Part shown: positions 53,801 through 64,000 of the stretch, piece by piece
Position numbering within the stretch: position 1 is the stretch's first letter
Layout: each line of letters begins with the position of its first letter
NCBI GenBank assembly: GCA_040954595.2
Contig: CM082583.2
Span: 5,640,849 to 5,704,848, forward strand
Reading direction: 5' to 3'
Source of the DNA: Balanoglossus misakiensis
Taxonomy: Eukaryota; Animalia; Hemichordata
DNA: 64,000 nucleotides
Made by a program: the position numbers and the translations under genes
The notes under the pieces: generated by a model
Told to the model about the DNA's origin: nothing
Databases searched by the model: none
Seen by the model: only the letters and a program-made list of their open reading frames with translations

Positions 53801-56192
53801 CATAAAGCAACTAGTGTATTCTTTGTTGTCTACACAATCCGCCTATTTGTCTGGGGCAAGTTTTTTTTAGTAAAACCGGATTACTGTCTGCGTCACTAAT
53901 TGTCAGGGTGACAGGGTCAGCTTTGTGGCATCCGACGCGCCCCCCAAAAAAGCTTAAAATTGTTGCCTGAAAAATGATGCATTCTTGGTTGTAGGAATAA
54001 AAGTTTAACGTGAATCATAGATTTGGCTGTTCCGCGACCCGGGGAGGGAGCAAAGCATAGAGACATGTTATGCGAAACTCAGTGCAACATGGAATCGGAT
54101 TGGTTGAGCTAGGGTCTATTGTTGAAGGGTGGATTACTCTGATTGGCTATTGTACTTGGAAATGACACCCGCGAGAAGACGGTCGGAAATCCCTGGAGCA
54201 CATTGAGCGTATTGCATAACATCGAATACACATGACTTGCAGCCCACCTCAGTTTCAATAGCCAGCATTTAGTATTCGAACAGTCCACTGACAGGCAACA
54301 GGGTCAATGTTCCCATGAAATTGATGATACCATGACAAAATAAGGATCGGCTGTCTTCGGGGACTGTTGGATCATGCGCCCCCAAACCGATTTTAAATTA
54401 TGAATGATTATATAAATATCATGCACTAGGGATATATTAACCCGACGGCAAAGAATGCAAGCTGTATAAAATCCGTCAACGTCAGGGAAATGGAAGCAAA
54501 GAAGGACATTTTAAACATAACAGAAAAACAAACAGAAAACAAACAAACAAAACAAAGAAGCCAACATGCGAGATCTTTAACAAAAATAAACTACATAGCC
54601 TAAAAACACCAAAGCAAATTCGCGAGGAAATATATACCGCCACACTTGTGTATAAATATGAAATACATATAGAACTTACTTTTGCGTATATGCAGCGCGT
54701 AACTGCTTCGTGAACATGCCAACTGGTAATTGCATACACGCACTTTCCTCTCACCAGCTCGCCAATCATTCAGTCTTCGCGTGACGCATGAGGAACATCA
54801 TCGACAGGGCAAAGGCCACGATTCGCGACAAGCATGGGGTAGACATTTCCGATTATACGATAATAATTTAATGTGGTTGCAATTTCTGTTCTCCCCACTA
54901 TCAGTTCAATAGTTCACAAGCTGAGCCAACCTTTTTTTAGGATATCAATCATCTGAGGCATTTCTGCTCACAAAGCGATCGCAGATTTTGCATTAGTTGG
55001 GTTATGTATAATATTACCGGTTCTTTCATAACGTGTCACAAATATCAGCGCGCGTTACTTTGACGTTTGGGGAACCTGTCAAGTTGGCTGAAAAAGAACC
55101 ACGCATGCAGTGTTTTCTTAAAACGGAGTGAAGTAAGGTAACCAGTCACGCTGGAGATTGTATGCCACAGTCACCGAGACTAAGAATTTATTCCAAACAC
55201 GCTGATTCGAATTAAATACCCTATAGCCTCTTGATCTGGAACCAGCGTCGCCCGTACATTTTCCGGTCCCGCAAGATAATGTTCTCGTGTAATCCGTTAA
55301 GTTTATTTTCGTGATTAAATGTTACGGGGGCAGGTAAATCGCATTCGTGGATGGCCCCAAGACACGAATCACAGCGCAGATCTTTTAATAATGCATTGTG
55401 TAAGATGGAAAGAGATGCTGTAATGACGAAGAAAGTGCCCTGGAGATCCCCGATGGGATCGATGTAGATAGAGTCAAACTGTTTCGTCTTTACGCTGGAG
55501 TGGAACTGGAAATAAAAACACCAGTGAGCCGAGATTCTATCAGCTCCGCACACCGATACCTCTGGAACTTTGCGGCGTGGTTGTCTCTGTCCTACTTTGG
55601 GAGTTCTTATCTCGAATGACGTAATGAATCGTCTTCGCCGCTCAAATCATTTCCCCTAATACATGCAGTATAATGTGCAAATTCTAATAATATATCCTAA
55701 ACCGAAAAGACAGGTGCAGTAATCGTTTTTCATTCTCAACTTGATTATCCGGAATAAAACAAAGGTTAAGAAAATTTGCGCCTTTCAACACGCCTGCCTA
55801 CATAAATTGCCTTTACATTTTTGCCACGACAAAACCTTCTGAAAATTTCGAACCAAACGCCTTTTCGATAAGATATATTTTAGTACCCCCTGCTGTAAAT
55901 TCCATTCTTCTGTATATCATTTCTGCTCATAATCATTCATAAGAAAATTGATTAATTACAAGTAGTCCTTCAACTGAATACGACCTGTGGTCATCCAAGC
56001 CTTCTCCGTTTTGTGATCAATGGCGGTCTTGGCGGGAGTGAAATTACACGTTGACCGGTACATCGGAAGAGGTTAATCCGATTTGCCAGAGAATCGATTG
56101 CGGATGGCTGTGTCTGTAAAATATAAACTCTGAATTAATTCCGCTGCAATTTGATCGATTGTGATCGTCGATCGAAGGAAGCAAACGGCACT

Positions 56193-56621
56193 TTATATGT
56201 GGCAAACTCGGAAAGGGCGACGACATGAATATTGATATGGGTGTTCCTTCAAGATACAGTAAGCTTGTCGAAATTCAAAGTCTATCTCATATTTCCCAAA
56301 GACCCAATGTACTCGGCCACACCATAAAGAATCGAATGCAGTACATTTATTTTCAGACAAAACTAACGTACTGGTAGAAAAGCTCGCCCTAGAAAACGGG
56401 GTGTGGCCCAAAACCTCTTGAACGAACGAACCACGTCTCACGCGAAAGGAATCGACGAAAAGAATAATCTTAAGTAATGATGTGGGATAACAACACTGTT
56501 TCGCCTCGCCATTAATTGCATTAAAATACGGCATGTATTTGCCATTACCGTCGACCCTTGTTTCAGTAGGCAAATCAACAAGGGAAAAATCAAAGCTTTT
56601 AGGCAGCTTGATGTAATGCAA
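56193..56621 (-). mobile_element. Decayed non-LTR reverse-transcriptase fragment
   Basis: RVDGNGKYMPYFNAINGEAKQCCYPTSLLKIILFVD aligns by eye to RVxVNGxxSxxFxVxNGVKQGCxLSPxLFxLFxD; FSTSTLVLSEN lies at the YADDxVLLSE position; the catalytic DD is absent. Confidence 0.38.
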
Positions 56622-58029
56622 CGAGACGTCGGCTCGAAGGACAGGCCAATTACCCGCACACTATGACCCCCTTCCGCCGTACGTAGACGAAGGAGTTAGC
56701 TTCCGCGGAGAGAAACTGCTGATGGTTATAAATTATCCCCCAAAAGTACCGCGTGAATCGCCAGAAAGCTTTTCCCCTGTCGGACTCGCCAAGGATCAAC
56801 ACAAAGATTAACTAAACGCGTTTCATTAGTTTTAAGCTTGAACATGTTTTCGCCTCAGTAAATTGGTTGGTTCTCAGTTTTTTTATGTGCCCGTGACAAC
56901 CCGTGTATCAATGTGCCACGAATATATGTTACCCAAAAGTTTACAATTTGATATTTCTACTTCGCATATTCTTTTAACGTTACCTGGTGAATAGTGACGT
57001 TCTGATTACAGTGGTGTAAGCTTCCTCGTCAGCGTCTTGTCACGTGACGTGACGTTCTTGTGTCTCCCCTCCCCGCACGGCGACACCCCAACAACAAACT
57101 TTGCAATTGGAACCATCTCACACCGCTGACAGTTTCAATAAGCCGTTCCCATAGTGACATTTGGCTAAGGTCATCTTGTCTGGAGAGGTCATGTGGGCAA
57201 AAATCCAAAGCACCCGGTACGTCTGTTTTATTCGTTGTAGAGGTCACTGTGGCCAGGCATCTTCGCTGCAAAACACGGTATTTGCCACGTTAAAGTTATT
57301 ACGCCAAGAATTTCAATTTTCATTGAAACCCATTGACGTCATTCGAATAGCCCTTTTTTTCTGCATGACGTTAAGTTTTCATTACTCTTTCAACATAAAC
57401 CGTTTCATGTACCCGGACTAATAAACATCTGAATAATTCTGATTTATCTGTTCTGTCACGTCCGAACACGTCAAAACAACATGCGAAAATGAAGCCTAAT
57501 TTACAACGGATGTTTTTAACCGCAAAATATAAAAAAGAAAACGAAAGAATACAGCTGGTTCTGTGAACTCTATGAGATATTTAGACGAAGCTTTTTGACG
57601 CAAATAGAATCATCGAGTTAATTTTCATTTTGCCGTGCAGAAACCTCAACATCTGTAAAAAATATACGCAATTTAACGAACGTTGAAAGGAGGAAATCGA
57701 ATTGTCAGTATCTCTCCAAATTGGCTATTCTGAATAGGTTTACAGCCAACACCTGTTTCATTCGAGTTTCGAGTCATCCGCGTGTTCCGCTTTAATGTCA
57801 TCTGCCGTGGACGTAAAACCAGTAGCTGTTCTCATTAAGGATCGTCTTGATGGGGGTCACCCTTCTCGTTGGCTCGATTCCTACTGTACACATGTGCAGA
57901 GCAATTTCTCGGGTTTAATGACTCCGGCTTGTCTATGAGTGTCGTGTATTCATCGCAGCTTCCCCCCTCCATCTCCCCATCACCAAAAGCTGACGTGCGT
58001 GTCACCAACCCTAAGAAATCATTCATAAA

Positions 58030-58160
58030 AAACATCAATCACCACAGCCCTACTTGTCATGTAACGCGTAGTGTTGTTATCTTTAGCCCGACTGCACCAC
58101 ACTTTAAGAATTTCTCCGAGCGATCTGTCGCGGTATGTGGGCCAACGCCGTGTTTTTGGC
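58030..58160 (+). mobile_element. L2/CR1-group LINE 3'-end relic
   Basis: HHSPTCHVTRS...PHFKNFSERSVAVCGP...W resembles the ORF2 tail YxPxRxLRS...PxxKTFxDRxFSVxGPxLWN. Confidence 0.42.
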
Positions 58161-61100
58161 ATTCGTCATATTCTCCTGGGAAAAGGAAATTCCGGTTATG
58201 CTGCCACAATAATTAGGCCGAAAAAATAACATGCGGTGCATACAACATGGACATACATAAACATATATCGAATTGGATGGTCAACCACTAGCCACTGGCC
58301 AGCAGTAACATAAGAAACGTCAGACTCTGGCCAACCGTGCCTATATACCACCACACAAATTTAATCTCGAAGCAGCCCAATTTTAAGTTTCCAAGTTCAC
58401 GAAAACTCATTCTACCGGTATAGTGCTCTTATATGAGTTTAAAAATTAGCGAAGGGCATTAACTCTTAAGCAATGCATGTGATACACTTTGCATATGTAA
58501 ATAGTTAATACTGTAACGATGTGTGACGCCGATGCTTTGAATACGAATACATGCATAAACCGAACAATTGATCACTGAGAGTGTGTGTCACGTAAAATTT
58601 ACAACCATGTCAAAAAATCTATTAGCACAGTTACCCAGATCGCTATTCGTGGGAAATCTCGGTGATCGCTGTCGCGCAGTGATAATGATCTTTACATATG
58701 TCTTGTGCATGTGACGTACAGAACCCAAATTTAATTCCTGGTCTGCGCTATTTCTCTAAAGTTGTAGTGGGTGTTGGCAAATACCTACATGTAGATCTGA
58801 TCATAGCATTTGGGTTTCTACTCGCTAATGTTCTCCACCAAGTCGTTCATCTCTCCACAATCCGTCCAGCGGTACGCTAATTGCCATTATTACCACACAT
58901 TAGCAATTCCGGGAGACAACAGCATTGATGAAATGCGCATAACGTATCCCCTATAGTCAAAAGGTCAGTTAGGAGAGACACATTGGTTCGTTATATGTTA
59001 CGAACAAACACAACAATGAAGGAAAGAATTATAGCCTCATTTTGCTTGTATATACGTGATCTTGCGCAGCAGCAAAACTTCTTTCACTCCATGTTGTTCG
59101 ATCTTTCCTGAGTCTGTGAAGAGCGTCACATTGGGAATACGTTTACGTCAGGGAAAGGTACAGGGATGAAATCCTTGCATATTGCCTTTTATTCCATGGA
59201 CATTACCAGTATATATTTTTCTTTTCAAATCATTCCTGGTTATCCTAAAACGTATGGAAAAAGGCATACCGTATAGTTTTAAGTAGTCACTGTTTTTCAA
59301 GACAGTTATAATGTCTCCTATCCAGATTATGTGTTTATTATTCTTCGAAGCTCTATGAATGACAGCATAAGCTAAACCCATATATTATGTCATCGATTCC
59401 ATGGACCTTCACCGCGGGTTGAACTCAATGCATTAATAGTACACCACGCCGAGATGGATTTAAGAAGGCCAAGATGCCAATCAAATGTTGACTTGATAGA
59501 TGCACATACACAAAATCTATGCATGTGATCGCGAACATTGTTTTCTTAAGGACACGGCCGGCATTTTAAACCCTTCAGGCGCATGCCCCATACACGCGGA
59601 AAAATGCTGAGTAATAGTTAAGATAACATGCCGTCGATTGTACGACTGACAACTTGGGGGAATTGACGGCGTGGCTGGCAGTGACAGCTTTTCACCACCG
59701 TGACAGGCATCTTTTGTGGGTTAACGGTTATGCTCATGCTAGTATGATGTCTGCAAAGTGTTCAAAACAGGCAGAGCTTTAGACGAGGCAGTCACACAAA
59801 CAGAAGGGTCAGCGGACTTCTGTCATGATTGTAGGCATATGCGACGCACGGTGTTTTCAGCGTAGGACAAGAAAATATATCCAAGGAAGATTCAACGAAG
59901 TAAGAACAAGAAGCTCCATTTTGAAACTGATCACATCTTAGAGGACATAAAACGTGATTGGCCCCTGTTTATCAATATCAATTTGAACTGAGGAGACGAG
60001 GCTGAGAAAAGCGACTCGACATGATTTATGTGCTTTTTGTGCACCTTAAAAAAACTGTCAAGCTATTGAAGCCGGCTGAACCCTGAAATATTAAGTAACT
60101 CGATAAAATGTAAGCCAGTTAGAACTGCAAAGCCTCGTGGCGATGTCTTGATTTAAGGCCAGATTTACTTCTGGGATGGTTTTTCTGAGAACCGAAGTCC
60201 TCCAAATCTCCCCTTTCTTGTTCTCCGGAAAATGGCAACAATTCACTCTTCGCCATGAAGTTAGCACATTGAAAACCTTGATTAAGTCGAGGGGATTTAA
60301 TCCCCGAGTTTAACTCTCCTGGTAAAAGCGAACGTCTTAAAGTATAAGGTCGGAAGTTTTGAAGTTTTTGAGCCATTTTTACTACTTTTAGCATGAATAG
60401 TTTTAGAACATCGCTTGGGCCTATTTAAAATGCTCGGGGCGCAGTATGGTATGCAACTACCTCGCGGTGTTCGCGTCATAGTCAAAATAGAATTTCCGTC
60501 GGGATTTATTTCGCGACAGTAAATGCCGTGTCCGCGAATTATAGCCCGTCTTGCGTAAGCAAGTTGTTGTAAATTGTTTCTGTTAGCTCATCCGGATAAT
60601 ATAATTGAATTAATGGGCGAACTGCAGAGAACACGGCTATCATATCACCAGCCGCACTCGGATCACCTCCACAAGACTGAATTTCCAGACGCGCATGAAA
60701 AGTACTCCGTGTATGTACATGGGTTCAGAATCAGAGATTGCTATCAGATACCTTTATTAGTTGGTATACATGTGTATGTTCATCCCCATTTCTGAACGGG
60801 TCGTAGTTTCTTTTGTGCCGTTTCCAAATTCAGAATGTGTACTGATCAGGTGACCTCAGGGAAGTTACGTGATTCGCTGATGCCTGACAGAATAGCAGTC
60901 GTTCGTCACCCCGATTGAAATCGCTTGTCACGTTAAATGAAGCCCTAGGTATTAGCATGAAGTCCTCTCTCACGGTAGTGAGATTGGAGCATGGCACAGC
61001 GGTTGTACACCATCTTAGCAGGGAATGTCCGCGTTACTATCGAGCGGAAATGTCAAAGCTGGCATACCCTGGTGATATGTGATCCAGTTTCCTCGTGATA

Positions 61101-61224
61101 TTTAAAAATCAGCATGTTTATAAGGAATAAGGAAAGACGAGATACTATAGCCTGGAGAAGTTGTGCCCATAGCCGATATACATTTTAATTTTCTATCTAA
61201 GTGTTTCATGACTTCTGATGTTGC

Positions 61225-61320
61225 GAATGAATGAATTAAAACGAGTGAGATAGTGAGTGAGTGAGTGAGTGAATGAGTGAGCGAGCGAACGAATGAATAA
61301 ATGGACGCAAGAACGAATGA
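61225..61320. repeat. Degenerate (GAAT/GAGT/GAGC/GAAC)n microsatellite
   Basis: 4-bp periodic array. Confidence 0.85.
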
Positions 61321-64000
61321 CAGTTGTTACTCACTGGTTATGGGTCAATGCAATTTCTTTTCCCAGAGTGCATCGGTTTCTTCATCCGTAACGAAACAAA
61401 CTCTCGTATCACACATCTTTATTTCCAAGGGATTGGACGTTTCAGACAGAAGAAAGTTGATGCACTCGTAAAAGTTCGAAAAGATACGCAGACACAAATT
61501 CTTTGATCATACCCACGATCCAGTAGCTTTACCAAGATATAAACGCAATATACATTGCCCTGTAACGATTTCTTCTGAAAAAGAAAATGCTATACATTGT
61601 ACTGTTGTATAATATAAAAATAGTCACAACAATCCAAACGACATAAAAGACATTATAGAAACATGATATTATATTTTTCATTCTGACGTTTTTAATGTTC
61701 AGAGCAATATACGGCAGTTAGGTACTGATCTCTTTATCATTTATGTCCAACGAAGTTCCATCACGCATTAGATTCAGCGTTTACCAAACCATTGGACAAT
61801 GCTCATCGCTGACATCATATATTCTCAGGGGGTCGTGTCTTGAATTAATCATACGAGGTATTTGGGGGCCGCTGCTGGCGTTAACGTGGTAAGGCTTCAT
61901 GCAACACACCACGCAAAGAAATGTTACACGACAGGTTTGCGAATTTTGATGGCGCAAACATGCTCTGAGAATTAAGGTACGTTGTGTACATGTACGTCAC
62001 GGTAGTGGGTCTAATCATAGACCCTATGGTCTAATGAAGTTGTTTCATCAAATATTAACGATGGTACAATACTGATGCATGTTACTTAGTTTCTCCCACT
62101 GTCGATGATTTCATCCTCGCGGTTTAACGTTCATTAGTGACCGGGTCTGTGTCACAAGGACATTTACACACCAGAGCAGTTCGCATAAAAAACCTCGTCC
62201 TATTTTTTTTGTGTGTGTGGGGGGGGGGGGGGTATACAGGAATACCGAAGTTAATAGCTTGTTTATACCCAAAACTGAACTCAGTTCAGCTCTTCAGGTC
62301 ATTAGCAATCAGCCCAGCTGAATGATGTTTGTGTCCCCAAGATTATTGGTATATAGGCTAATAATCGCTGTTTTAGTGGATATAAAATGACATTCTAATG
62401 AAAATTGTCAGTGGTTAGGGCGGGAACACACGGATTACTTTTCAAACTGATTGCGTTCAAGGAGCGGCCGGTTGCCCTTCCAGTCTCAAGGACAGTTGAT
62501 TATTTGTGACTTTTGCCTTGAATCAGCGTTGTAGTTTCATTACTTTAATTTGCCTCGGCGAGTGCGTCCGACCATCCCACTCAGGTACTAGAAAATTTTG
62601 CACAACCCAATTACCCGCCAAACTGATCTTAATTGTGTCATGTCGTCTGCGTGGGATTTATTTCGCTGACTTCGGTGTACCCCGCGGCTTCTTGTCTCCG
62701 AACTCTTAGCGGATGCAATGCATCGTGTAATCATTCGCGGATACTGAGTTTGGTGTAATCAGTAGGGTTTGAAATTTGCCTTGGGTCAAACTCGGGCGAA
62801 TCTCGCGCCCAGTAGGGACGAACACGTGAACTTCGTTGGTTTCCCAGAAGCTGATTTGCGTGACACAAACCGCTGTGTTGGAGTTCAATGAAAAGTCCAC
62901 AGCCGTAGTTAAACGTTTTGCAGTAATCTAGGGATGCTGGGTAAACTTCTGTGTTTCTCCCAGACCCTCTAGCTTTACAGATATTTACCTGAAAACACTG
63001 ACTGAAGTAGAAGCGGAGTTTTTAAGTTTATGTGGCTTTTATCACAGTTCGCACCGAGCGCTCAGAATATAATAGCGAGAGTCTCTCTATTATACCCTGA
63101 GCGCTTTGCGACCCGTTGCTTTTATGTGGTGGTGTCGGTGATGATTGGTGTTATTGTTTCTGAACCATTGTTCCAATTGGAAAGAAACAGTATTCCTAGA
63201 CACAACAGCCTGAGGACGAGGCTTGTCACAGTGAAACGAAAACAAAGTGAATTTGCTTAGTCGAACATTTCATTAGTATACAGTATGTATCACCGTCACC
63301 GATCAGCAAAGCTTCAAATCCCATATTGTCTCTCTCCGCTCTTTCGAGAACAAAAACACCGCCCCTTTAAAACCAGACCGTTTTGTACTACCGACAAGTT
63401 TGGATTGTTTCAAGAGACAGAGCAATTGATTCTTTTGAAGAGCGAATCTGTATCGGCGAGCAAACGGTCTGCGCACACACCGGGAGTGCCTTTGATGGCT
63501 ATCGGGAAGGAGGCATTAGGCGGTTACGTCAGTCACGTACGTAAAAACACAGGTTTCGTCAAGAGCGGGTTAAGTGCGGGGCTCCTCTACGCGTGTGTGA
63601 ACAAGCACTATTAGTGCAATATATTTGCGTTCTGCTACAATCAACATCCGTTTGACGGTAAAGACCTCGGCGCGAAGACACCAGTCAGGCGAATAGACCA
63701 CGGCACACGTAGCTGTCAACTTCCATAAAAAACGTGTTGACATGGATGAGAATGTCACCTTGGATGCGCAGCACACTGGAAAAATTGGCATACAAACCCG
63801 TCCTTGTGATTGAACTATATTATTACACGTCGGCATCGGGGATGACCTGTATCTTCCCGCGGAAATTGAAGAGAATTTGCGCAACCATGTTTGCATTAAT
63901 CTATTTTTACGAGATTAGTTTCTATGGGAAACCGCTTATCAATCTTTAATGGTATTTAGCGTTCGTATCCGAAACCTTACTCGGTGGAAATACCGCCAGG

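Noticed and set aside
60338-60440. TTAA-AG start resembling another Kolobok end
   Set aside because: No matching inverted end found in the window.
61865-61900. tRNA/SINE-like A-box
   Set aside because: No B-box and no cloverleaf downstream.
1-64000. Prokaryotic systems (operons, CRISPR arrays, defence islands) or a homeobox cluster
   Set aside because: No gene-dense coding, no repeat-spacer periodicity, no homeodomain in the ORF track and no miR-10 match seen; the texture is eukaryotic non-coding DNA.

Overview
Eukaryotic, almost certainly metazoan, genomic DNA of roughly 40% GC (by eye) with no obvious CpG depletion. It has many tetranucleotide microsatellites, long poly-G/C tracts and a strong excess of the 8-mer TACATGTA, a texture most like a marine invertebrate genome (inference only). 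I recognise no intact protein-coding gene, rRNA, tRNA or CRISPR array; the longest ORF is 179 aa and resembles nothing I know. The window reads as a large intron or gene-poor regulatory interval. The best-supported feature is a 795-bp non-autonomous DNA transposon (36571-37365) with a TTAA target duplication and a bipartite ~130-bp TIR, probably Kolobok-type. Weaker signals are decayed LINE ORF2 fragments, several exon-like segments, a 46-codon segment with coding-like GC3 bias, a perfect BMP/Smad composite element near a CCAAT/E-box/CRE cluster, and a cluster of RFX X-box-like palindromes. I found no convincing new biological system; the findings are leads to test.
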